Positions 1 to 7,407 of a stretch of DNA of 44,024 bases are shown here, one piece after another. The position numbers and the translations under genes were made by a program. The stretch is from a virus. Its lineage: Duplodnaviria > Caudoviricetes. The stretch is from positions 1 to 44,024 of the IMG/VR virus record IMGVR_UViG_3300037308_000576. One strand, 5' to 3'. Below the pieces are notes generated by a model. It worked only from the letters and a program-made list of their open reading frames with translations, searched no databases and was not told the origin of the DNA. How positions within the stretch are numbered: position 1 is the first letter of the stretch; each line of letters begins with the position of its first letter.

Positions 1-188
1 TACCCTTGACCTTGGCGGTCGGGGCCTTGGCGACACCTTTCGTGGCCTTCTTCGCAGCGGGCGCAGTGGCGATACGGGCTTTCTTGTTTTGCCAGCGGCG
101 GGCGCGGCGTTCGCGCATCGTACAGGGCTTGCACTTCGTCACCTGGAAGAGATCCGCATTCTTGACCCATCGGACGTTTCCGCATTCG
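1..188. repeat. Terminal direct repeat, copy 1 (assembly circularisation overlap)
   Basis: Identical to 43837-44024 except C128 vs T43964; lies inside a coding region. Confidence 0.95.
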
Positions 189-1075
189 CACTTGACCTTG
201 TTGTGGTACAGATCGGCGGGGACGGTTTCTTCCTGGTTGAAGTAGTTCAACTGGGTGTTGAATCCGGCACTCTGTTTCGGTGCCGGGGCCTTTGCCTTTT
301 CGGCGGCTTTCTTCTTGGGCATGGTGTCTCCTTCTTTGACGGGGTTCGATGCTGCTTGGTTGGGGCCATAAGGGCAGTTCTTCTTCCCGCATCCTGCGGG
401 GTAGGACGCGTTTTGCTTCTGGCAAACGGCAAGCTGGATCCTCGCATTGCGCACCTCGCACCAACGCTCGCCATTGGGTGCCGGCGTCGGTGCCGGCGTC
501 GGTGCCGGTGTCGGTGCCGGTGCCGATCCCTGATGATAAGCTGCAACGGCCTTGTACACTTTGCTCGTGACCTGAACGGGAGTCCATCCGGAGATCAGAA
601 GCTGGTAGGCGGAGGTCACGATGGGTGAACACATGTTGGTGTGGGATGAAGGAGTGAAAGCAAGGTACTTTGACTTGCCCATGAGCGCTCCCGTGATGGT
701 CCAACCGTTCATTTCGGTGGACCATCCGCTCTGGTACCCCTCCTCGGTGAAAGTGCCTGCGAATTCCTGCCCAAATTCGTCCACTATCTTTTGGGCATCG
801 AGGTTGGCGCCCATGGCGGCACCGACCAGTTTAGTCGCCGTGCCGATCACCTTCCGCCCCACGGCGGGGCCGGGCCGGTGCACCGTGCCAGCTTCTCGGA
901 TCTCGCGCACCATGGACGGATCGTCCGATGGGGCGACCCATATCTTGCCCTCGAACTTGAAGGCGACCGCCCTCTCGCCATTTAAGGCAATCACTTGTGG
1001 GTGGTCTTCCGTCACCGATCCCAGGAGCACAGACACATGGTCCTTGACCAACTTAATGAAGCTTTTTTCTTCCAT
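1..1075 (-). CDS. Junction-spanning 366-aa protein (continues 43836->43811): N-terminal domain, PAPT linker, two Cys-rich modules, Lys/Ala-rich tail; probable internal start at 322
   Basis: Manually translated from ATG 1075 (SD AGGAG) with no stop before the window edge; TAG at 43811-43813 after circular joining. Absent from the ORF track because it crosses the window end. Confidence 0.85.
   Translation of the reverse strand, partial: MEEKSFIKLVKDHVSVLLGSVTEDHPQVIALNGERAVAFKFEGKIWVAPSDDPSMVREIREAGTVHRPGPAVGRKVIGTATKLVGAAMGANLDAQKIVDEFGQEFAGTFTEEGYQSGWSTEMNGWTITGALMGKSKYLAFTPSSHTNMCSPIVTSAYQLLISGWTPVQVTSKVYKAVAAYHQGSAPAPTPAPTPAPTPAPNGERWCEVRNARIQLAVCQKQNASYPAGCGKKNCPYGPNQAASNPVKEGDTMPKKKAAEKAKAPAPKQSAGFNTQLNYFNQEETVPADLYHNKVKCECGNVRWVKNADLFQVTKCKPCTMRERRARRWQNKKARIATAPAAKKATKGVAKAPTAKVKG
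479..523. repeat. 12-bp tandem repeat encoding a (PAPT)n linker
   Basis: TGCCGGCGTCGG-like unit, about 3.5 copies; translates to APAPTPAPTPAPTPAP on the minus strand. Confidence 0.85.
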
Positions 1076-1135
1076 AACGCTCTCCTCTCGTTTGGTTGTG
1101 GGGCCGCGACGAATGCGGCCTCTCGGTTTTAAGCC

Positions 1136-1164
1136 ATCTTACCACGGCGCGGCTTAACTGTCAA
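1136..1164 (-). promoter_or_regulatory. sigma70 promoter with extended -10, upstream of the junction-spanning gene
   Basis: Minus strand reads TTGACA-gttaagccgcgccgtgg (17 bp)-TAAGAT, with TGn before the -10. Confidence 0.75.
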
Positions 1165-1447
1165 GGTCTTCCTGCTGCGCCCCAGCCGCATCCAAGCTTC
1201 GTCCCTCACCGGGCGCTGATGAAGTTCGTCCCATCGAGATCCTCAAGCACATACTCGTCGTCCAATTCGGGGCCGCCTTTGGCCAGGATCCGCCGCATAC
1301 GGAGGCGAGGCGCTCACGATAGGGCACCAGCGCCGGTAGCGCAGCATTGGAGCCGCCTTCCGTCCGCTCCACGTGAAAGGCTTCGTTCATCGTGGTCAAG
1401 AACCTGACCACCTGGGTGAGGCGCGTCGTGACTTCACCTTCCTTCAT
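1154..1447 (-). CDS. Hypothetical protein (97 aa)
   Basis: ATG with SD GAGGAG; tightly packed in the leftward gene string. Confidence 0.6.
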   Translation of the reverse strand: MKEGEVTTRLTQVVRFLTTMNEAFHVERTEGGSNAALPALVPYRERLASVCGGSWPKAAPNWTTSMCLRISMGRTSSAPGEGRSLDAAGAQQEDLDS

Positions 1448-1628
1448 CGCCGTAATCTCCTCTCATCAGTTTACCGGAAACGATCAGCACCTCCAGCGCG
1501 GCCAACTGCCGCAGCGAGAGCGAGCACAGCGCGAAATACGCGGTCGAGTACGTTTCCGTGTCCTTGGGGTAGTTGGTGTCGAGCATGCGTAAGAGCCTCT
1601 CGACGGTGGCCATCGCCAACTTGTCCAT
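1434..1628 (-). CDS. Hypothetical protein (64 aa)
   Basis: ATG 2 nt after the upstream stop, SD GGAGG. Confidence 0.6.
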   Translation of the reverse strand: MDKLAMATVERLLRMLDTNYPKDTETYSTAYFALCSLSLRQLAALEVLIVSGKLMRGDYGDEGR

Positions 1629-1630
1629 GT

Positions 1631-2080
1631 TCAGTAGTCCTCCATTGCTCTGGCTTCTTCAGCCGTAATCGGTGCGCCGTCAAGGCGCACCGTGAATCCG
1701 TGGGCGATGAGCTGGCCAATGACCCGGCCAAGGACGGTGACGTCGGAATCGGCGGCAGCGAGCGGGGCCTTGATTTCGATGAGCTGCTCATCGCGATCGG
1801 CGGGGCCATCCGGCAGGCCATCCGGCGGGGCATGGGTGAACAGCGCCGCGAATGCGACCAGGAGAGCAGCCATGACCGCGACCAGCCAGTTGAGGCCGCG
1901 AGCGGGGCGGGGGACGGCGACGGCGGGGATCGCCCCGTAGAGCACCAGACCGCCGTCAGCGCAGCAAGTCGCGCAGTAGAAGTCGGCTTCGTAGTACGGG
2001 TCCAGTTCGTCCTCGCACCGCAGGGGTCGCGGGCGGTCAAGCGGGTGGCCACAGATCGGGCAGAAGAAGACGGCGCTCAT
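1631..2080 (-). CDS. Hypothetical protein with CxxC pairs and a hydrophobic segment
   Basis: CPICGHP...CATCC; WLVAVMAALLVAFAALF; ATGA overlap with the upstream gene. Confidence 0.65.
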   Translation of the reverse strand: MSAVFFCPICGHPLDRPRPLRCEDELDPYYEADFYCATCCADGGLVLYGAIPAVAVPRPARGLNWLVAVMAALLVAFAALFTHAPPDGLPDGPADRDEQLIEIKAPLAAADSDVTVLGRVIGQLIAHGFTVRLDGAPITAEEARAMEDY

Positions 2081-2454
2081 GAGCGCACCTCCTCAGTCAG
2101 CCAGGCATGGAAGCGATCAGCGATGTGGTCCTTGATGCCGTTCTTGTCCAGGCCACGCACCTGGATGTCGATGCCCCAACGGAGGCTGGGCCTCACCACC
2201 ACGTCATGGTGGGTCCAGTACTCGTACGCGCCGTGCTCGTTCATGTGGTGGAAGCTGGTGCGGAAGACCAGGCGGCCTTCGTCGCACTTCGCCCATTCGA
2301 GCGAAGTGCCGGAGTCGAAGCCGCTGCCGCAAGGGGCGCACTCCATGTGGGGCCGGAGGCGGTCCTCGTAGAATTTCCGCGTCTGTTCGTGCTCAGTCAC
2401 GTTCAGGATCGTTGCGAATTGGGCAATCTTCTGGTACCGTTTTTCGGTCTGCAT
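2077..2454 (-). CDS. Hypothetical phage protein (125 aa)
   Basis: ATG with SD AGGAGG; protein-like composition (GSGFDSG...FHHMNEHG.Y..WT.H). Confidence 0.75.
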   Translation of the reverse strand: MQTEKRYQKIAQFATILNVTEHEQTRKFYEDRLRPHMECAPCGSGFDSGTSLEWAKCDEGRLVFRTSFHHMNEHGAYEYWTHHDVVVRPSLRWGIDIQVRGLDKNGIKDHIADRFHAWLTEEVRS

Positions 2455-2490
2455 CGGGTCAGTCCTCCTTGTGGTTTAGTCGCACGGCCT

Positions 2491-2516
2491 GCGGCACCCC
2501 CGGCGGGGGGTGCCGC
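2491..2516. other. GC-rich intergenic hairpin with no U-tract
   Basis: GCGGCACCCC...GGGGTGCCGC perfect 10-bp arms. Confidence 0.6.
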
Positions 2517-2528
2517 CTACCGCAACGG

Positions 2529-2918
2529 CTAAGCCTTCGGGCTGGCGTACTTGAAGCAGTTCAGGCCGAGGAACACCCCGGAATCGGTCACGGGCTTGTT
2601 GCCGTTGGTGCTGGCCATGATGATCGTCTTCCCAGAGGCCGAGGGACCGAGTTCGCGGGGGGTGACCAGGACCCGGAGCTTGCCCTTGGCGACCGCGGCC
2701 TTCACCCCGTTGAAGTCGGAGACGGGGCTGGTCGGGCGGGGGTTCTCGTACCGGTAGCAGTTAACGCCGAGGAACAGCTCCGAGTCCGGCACCCGGTAGT
2801 TGCCACCCGTGCTGGCGATTACGAGCGTCTTTCCGGACGAACTGGGGGCAGCGTCCGCGCTCAGGTCGATCTCGACTTCGATGCCCTTCTTGGTCTTGGT
2901 GATGGCTAGGTTCTTCAT
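2529..2918 (-). CDS. Two-domain tandem-repeat protein of the 'SxSGKT..IASTxGN' small beta-protein type
   Basis: ATG 2918 with SD AAAGGA; internal duplication PSSSGKTLVIASTGGN...LGVNCYRY / PSASGKTIIMASTNGN...LGLNCFKY. Confidence 0.8.
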   Translation of the reverse strand: MKNLAITKTKKGIEVEIDLSADAAPSSSGKTLVIASTGGNYRVPDSELFLGVNCYRYENPRPTSPVSDFNGVKAAVAKGKLRVLVTPRELGPSASGKTIIMASTNGNKPVTDSGVFLGLNCFKYASPKA

Positions 2919-3001
2919 TGGTCTGGTCCTTTCTGCGGGTTTCCCGCTCGCAGCCGGCGGCTGCGGGTTAAGGTGTTTGGGGGCACTCGCTGCTCCCACC
3001 C

Positions 3002-3024
3002 ACGGCACTGGAGGCCAGTGCCGT
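3002..3024. other. Intergenic hairpin with no U-tract
   Basis: ACGGCACTGG-agg-CCAGTGCCGT. Confidence 0.6.
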
Positions 3025-3031
3025 CAAAGGG

Positions 3032-3532
3032 TTAAGCGAGTTCGTCCTCCAGGACTACACTCAGGCGCTGCAGCACGGCCTCAAGCGAGGACTCGTCCTC
3101 GTTTCGGGGGTACGCCTCGTAGCGGTCTTCGTCCACACGGTCCAGGTCGATCGGGGCCTTCAGCGCGTCCACGGTCAGCGACAGTCGGAGTCGGGCCAGC
3201 CTGTTGCGCTTCTCCCGGAGGAGGCGGTCCGCCTGGTCCAGCAGCTCGAAGAGGGGCACCGTGCCCTCCGGGTGGAGGGGGCACCCACCGCACTCGTAGG
3301 TCACGCTGACCGACCAGGTCCCGCCCCTGGACTCCAAGCACCGCACCGACCGGGGAGAGGAGAAGGCCGACTCCAGCGCCCGCGCCGCCAAGTCAACTTG
3401 GTCCCCAGGGACTCCCCAGACCTTCAGCCTCCGCCCGCCCTTTCTCTTGTCCGTGTACAGCCGCTCGTAGCGCACCGCCTTGCCTTGGAGCGCCTGCCTT
3501 GCCCGTTCCGTCTCCGTTCTCGTCTTAGCCAC
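3032..3532 (-). CDS. Hypothetical protein (166 aa), first gene of the leftward module
   Basis: GTG start with SD AGGAG; ECGGCPLHP motif. Confidence 0.65.
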   Translation of the reverse strand: MAKTRTETERARQALQGKAVRYERLYTDKRKGGRRLKVWGVPGDQVDLAARALESAFSSPRSVRCLESRGGTWSVSVTYECGGCPLHPEGTVPLFELLDQADRLLREKRNRLARLRLSLTVDALKAPIDLDRVDEDRYEAYPRNEDESSLEAVLQRLSVVLEDELA

Positions 3533-3870
3533 CGTTCGTGCTCCTGTTTTGGGGTTGGGCCGCTTCGCCGTCGCGGCCTGCCCGGAAGAGTTGCAGGGGC
3601 CGTGCCAGCCTCAACGCCGCAGGGGGGTTAACGCCCGCGACGCCGCCGCCGTCGCGGCCTCGCGGCCCCGTTGAGCGCTCCGAGGTTAACACCCGCTCCA
3701 GGGGGGAGCAGTGTCGGCGGCTTTGCCGGAGTGTAAAGAGAGCCGACACCCCCGCGAGGCCGCGACAGCGGCGGCCTCGCGGGGTGGGGTAAACGGCAAG
3801 CCGCGACGGACGCGGCCTCGCGGGTGTAAAGAGAGCCGACGGGTGGTGGGTGGGCCGCAGGGGTCTGAGG

Positions 3871-3910
3871 CTGCGCCGGGGAGCTGGGGGCTGCGCCGGG
3901 GAGCTGGGGG
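3871..3910. repeat. Perfect 20-bp tandem duplication forming a G-quadruplex-type motif
   Basis: CTGCGCCGGGGAGCTGGGGG x2. Confidence 0.85.
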
Positions 3911-3939
3911 TCGCGGTCGGCGTGACGGCCCTTGGCACA

Positions 3940-4067
3940 GCCTTAGCCTTAGCCTTAGCCTTAGCCTTAGCCTTAGCCTCAACCTTAGCCTTAGCCTTAG
4001 CCTCAGCCTTAGCCTCCGGCCTCCGGCCTCCGGCCCCCGGCCTCCGGCCCCCGGCCTCCAGCCTCCG
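3940..4067. repeat. Short tandem array: 12 x GCCTTA-like hexamer followed by 8 x GCCTCCG-like heptamer
   Basis: Units counted directly: 3940-4011 and 4012-4067. Confidence 0.95.
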
Positions 4068-4236
4068 GCCACAGAAGGTACACGGGCCAGCGCACACTCA
4101 CCCACACGGGCCGGGGGCGTGTGCGCGGGCCAGTACACCCACACGCGCACACGCGAGGGACCCACCAGCCCCCCTACCCCACACCAAAAAACGCGCCGCG
4201 AAAGCCGGTGCGGTGGATCGATTGAAGGCCGCAGCA

Positions 4237-4705
4237 AATTTCTGAAATATAAAATTATATATGCCCCGATGCACGTATATATGTTTAATATGCATTAACA
4301 CATCCGGAGGTGTCGGTGACACCTATTAGTCTTGAGGTGTCACAAATGACGAAAGTATGACACCACCCCACAAACCCGCGACGGACGGATGGAGCCGATA
4401 CTTAAGGTATTTGGGTGACATTCAGGTGACATTTATCGCCACCTTGAATTCACAGCGGTGTCACTCGCAGCGGCCCCGTGACGGACGGGATATCGGGTCC
4501 GTCGAGATCCATTCCTGGTGACAGTGACACCGGTTTCCGCGTTTTTCTTCTTTTTTATGTCTTTTTCGCTCTTTTGGTGTCACCGTGTCACTTGCAGTAG
4601 TCTCGATGCACCGCACCCCCCGTCCGTCGCGGCCTCTCTGCGAGTGCTGCGTCTCCGATAGTCGGTGTCACCTCGGTGTCACCTCGGTGTCACCCGATGT
4701 CACCG
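4237..4705. promoter_or_regulatory. Putative replication origin or packaging site: AT-rich tract plus about 13 TGTCAC/GTGACA iteron-like sites
   Basis: AT-rich 4237-4300; motif in both orientations 4316-4703, including an 11-bp-phased GGTGTCACC(TC) triplet at 4664-4695. Confidence 0.55.
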
Positions 4706-4930
4706 GAAAGGTTTTTCTAGTGGTCCCGCCGTTCACCTACCACAACCGGTTGTGATCGAATGTTCTTGGCACGTTTCTTGCCTTCTTTTTAAGCATTCCT
4801 ATGCAAGATTTGGGTACAACCGCGCTGAATTACACGATTGTAACCGCGAGCCTCAAACCCGGCCAACATATTCAACTTTATGTTTAAATATGTAAATTGC
4901 ATAATTTACACCATTGACACCCCCGCCCGC

Positions 4931-4960
4931 TTGACGCGACCCCCCGCCCCATGATATAAT
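4931..4960 (+). promoter_or_regulatory. sigma70 promoter of the virion operon (extended -10)
   Basis: TTGACG-18 bp-TATAAT with TGa before the -10; a second TTGACA at 4914. Confidence 0.8.
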
Positions 4961-4966
4961 CGTCCT

Positions 4967-5359
4967 ATGGTGCATGAAATTCACTCAATACCGTCGGTGG
5001 TGCCCGTCTCGGCAAAGAAGTCGTTCATACTTAACATGAACAACTATAGGAATGCGCATTTCCGTGTCCTTGCCAAGGCGAAAGTGGCCTTTAACGCTCA
5101 TATGGATGCCGCTTACCGTAACGCTTTGCCGCCCCCCATTCCGTTTCCTCCTCCTTATGCATTCGAGTACTTTATAATGCCGAATTCGCACAGGGACTTC
5201 GATCTTACCAACGTGGGGGCGGTGGTGGACAAGTTCGTGTCCGATTGGCTCGTCGCTTCCGGACTGCTTCCGGACGACGGCATCGAATTCATTGCCATGG
5301 TCGCTTTTCGCCGTAGCGCGTCCCTTACCAATTTGAGGATCTATCCCTATGGAGTTTAA
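4967..5359 (+). CDS. RusA-like Holliday junction resolvase
   Basis: RDFDLTNVGAVVDKFVSDWLVASGLLPDD fits the RusA D-x-x-N...K...D...G...DD pattern; sits before the terminase genes. Confidence 0.7.
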   Translation: MVHEIHSIPSVVPVSAKKSFILNMNNYRNAHFRVLAKAKVAFNAHMDAAYRNALPPPIPFPPPYAFEYFIMPNSHRDFDLTNVGAVVDKFVSDWLVASGLLPDDGIEFIAMVAFRRSASLTNLRIYPYGV

Positions 5360-5900
5360 GTGGCCGAATAAGCAGATGCGCCGCCGGAAGAAGGAGCGGG
5401 CCGTGCTCGACGCCATGTGCGCCCCGGTGCCCGATGACTTCCATAGGCGCTTCGGGCTTACGGTGCGCCAGGAGCGCTTCGTGCGCGTCTATGACGGCAC
5501 CAACATGGAGGATGCGCTGCGCATTGCCGGGTACAAGAAGTGGCACGGCAATAAGCTCGTGGTGCGCAAGAAGATCCGTGACGCGATGCGTTTCATATGG
5601 AGGGAGGAGGATCCCGTTATGAGCAAGTTGATAGCCGACCGTGCGGCCCGACAGCAGTTTTGGACCGACGTGATGAACGATCCCAACGTCGATATGCCGG
5701 CCCGTCTCAGGGCCTCGGAGCTTTTGGGCCGCTCTGAGGGCGACTTCATATCGGTGGTGGTGCCGCCTGGGCATGCGCAGTCGTTGCGTCTGGCCGGTCC
5801 TTTGGCTGAAAAGTTAATTGAAGTGTATAATGCGACCCGCACGTTGAAAGTGATCGATTGTGATACAGGAAAAGCTAAGCACAAGAAAACTGGCACATGA
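5349..5900 (+). CDS. terS: Terminase small subunit
   Basis: HTH-like N-terminus (LTVRQERFV...ALRIAGY); RQQFWTDVM...RLRASELLGR; directly upstream of TerL. Confidence 0.75.
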   Translation: MEFKWPNKQMRRRKKERAVLDAMCAPVPDDFHRRFGLTVRQERFVRVYDGTNMEDALRIAGYKKWHGNKLVVRKKIRDAMRFIWREEDPVMSKLIADRAARQQFWTDVMNDPNVDMPARLRASELLGRSEGDFISVVVPPGHAQSLRLAGPLAEKLIEVYNATRTLKVIDCDTGKAKHKKTGT

Positions 5901-7407
5901 ATTCTACGCGGACATGCTGGCGACCGCGGAGCGCCGCCGTCAGGTCCCGCAATGCATGGCCACCCTCGGACGCACCGATTTGTTCTTTCTGATCGTGCGC
6001 CTGCTCAACCGCCGTGACGTTGACCGCGATTGGCTGTATTACCGCTGCCTGGAAGTCGCCGCCGCTCCGGACGGCTATCTCGACTTATGGGCGCGGGAGC
6101 ACTATAAGTCGACCATCATCACTTTCGGTTTGACCATTCAGGACATCCTGAACGATCCGGAGTTGACGTCCTGTATATTTTCTCATAGCCGTCCGATAGC
6201 TAAAGGGTTCCTGCGCCAGATCAAGGGAGAGTTTGAGCGCAACGACCTTCTTCACTCCCTGTACCCTGACGTGCTGTACTCCGATCCCAAAAAGATGTCT
6301 CCAAAATGGTCTGAAGACGACGGGATCGTGGTGAAGCGCAAGGCCAATCCGAAGGAGGCCACTCTTGAAGCCTGGGGCCTGGTGGACGGCCAGCCTACTT
6401 CCAAGCATTATAGCCTTGCCATTTACGACGACGTCGTCACCAAGGAATCCGTTTCCACTCCTGAAATGATCAAGAAGGTGAATGATTCGTGGGAGCTTTC
6501 GTTGGCCCTTCATTCTGACGGTGGCCGCGTTCGGTATATCGGTACCCGTTATCATTTCGCTGATACTTATAAAACTATTCTAGACAGGAAGGCCGCTATA
6601 GAGCGCCGTCACCCCGGCACCACCAACGGTAAGATGACGGGCGATCCGGTGCTGTTCTCTAAAAGATATAATGATGAGAAGCGTGAACGTATGGGGTCCT
6701 ATGTTTATTCTTGCCAGATCCTGCAAGACCCCAAGGCTGATGACACTATGTCGTTTAAGCAAGAATGGTTGAGGTATTATAACAATCTTCATACCGTCGG
6801 TATGAACCGGTATCTGATCGTTGACCCGGCTTCGTCAAAGAAGAAGGGGTCCGATTACACCGTCATGTTGATCATCGGAGTGGCCCAGGACCGCAACTAC
6901 TATCTATTGGACGGAGTGCGTGATCGGCTTTCCTTGACCGAGCGGGCCATGCGGCTGTTTGGCCTCCACCAGAAGTGGCGCCCCAATAAAGTTGGGTATG
7001 AAAAGTACGGTAAGGATTCCGACATTGAACATATCCAGGATCAGATGGATAGACGAACTTATCATTTCGACATCGTTGAACTGGCCGGTACCATGTCAAA
7101 GGTCGATCGTATCCTGCGCCTGGTGCCGGTGTTCGAATTTCATCATTTCTTTTTGCCTAAATATCTGTATTTCCGCGACTATACTGGATTCCAGCGCGAT
7201 TTGATTTTGGAATTCGTCAACGAAGAATATTCTGGCTTTCCGGTCGCTTCCCATGACGACATACTGGACTGTGTGGCCCGTGTGCTTGATCCTGAATTGG
7301 GGGTGGAATTTCCGATTTCTGATGCTGACTTGGAACAGATTGGGGATTTAAGTGAGGCTGATGATGGAGACTGGTCACCGCTCAAATATTTCGGTAGAAG
7401 AGGTTGA
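5860..7407 (+). CDS. terL: Terminase large subunit
   Basis: AREHYKST (deviant Walker A), AIYDD (Walker B), IGTRYH, IVDPA...SDYT nuclease motif, HDDILDC. Confidence 0.93.
   Translation: MIQEKLSTRKLAHEFYADMLATAERRRQVPQCMATLGRTDLFFLIVRLLNRRDVDRDWLYYRCLEVAAAPDGYLDLWAREHYKSTIITFGLTIQDILNDPELTSCIFSHSRPIAKGFLRQIKGEFERNDLLHSLYPDVLYSDPKKMSPKWSEDDGIVVKRKANPKEATLEAWGLVDGQPTSKHYSLAIYDDVVTKESVSTPEMIKKVNDSWELSLALHSDGGRVRYIGTRYHFADTYKTILDRKAAIERRHPGTTNGKMTGDPVLFSKRYNDEKRERMGSYVYSCQILQDPKADDTMSFKQEWLRYYNNLHTVGMNRYLIVDPASSKKKGSDYTVMLIIGVAQDRNYYLLDGVRDRLSLTERAMRLFGLHQKWRPNKVGYEKYGKDSDIEHIQDQMDRRTYHFDIVELAGTMSKVDRILRLVPVFEFHHFFLPKYLYFRDYTGFQRDLILEFVNEEYSGFPVASHDDILDCVARVLDPELGVEFPISDADLEQIGDLSEADDGDWSPLKYFGRRG

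Noticed and set aside
1-188. Biological direct terminal repeat of the virion DNA
   Set aside because: The repeat starts and ends inside a gene, so it is more simply an assembly overlap of a circular or permuted contig
2529-2918. P-loop NTPase, suggested by 'SGKT'
   Set aside because: The domains are only about 60 aa, with no Walker B or alpha/beta core; the motif belongs to a small beta-repeat
6-3674. Plus-strand ORFs over the left module (for example 1373-2371 and 621-1157)
   Set aside because: They are antisense shadows of SD-supported minus-strand genes in GC-rich DNA
3940-4011. Eukaryotic telomere repeat
   Set aside because: The unit is GCCTTA/TAAGGC, not TTAGGC or TTAGGG, and it is internal to a phage genome
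3525-4298. ORFs with (RL)n, (AK)n, (SL)n or (AL)n runs
   Set aside because: They are translations of the hexamer array in several frames, with no SD or protein-like context; the region is better explained as non-coding
4664-4705. Possible mini-CRISPR array
   Set aside because: The 11-bp units are directly adjacent with no unique spacers, and no cas genes were seen; the PD-(D/E)XK nuclease lacks the Cas4 Cys cluster
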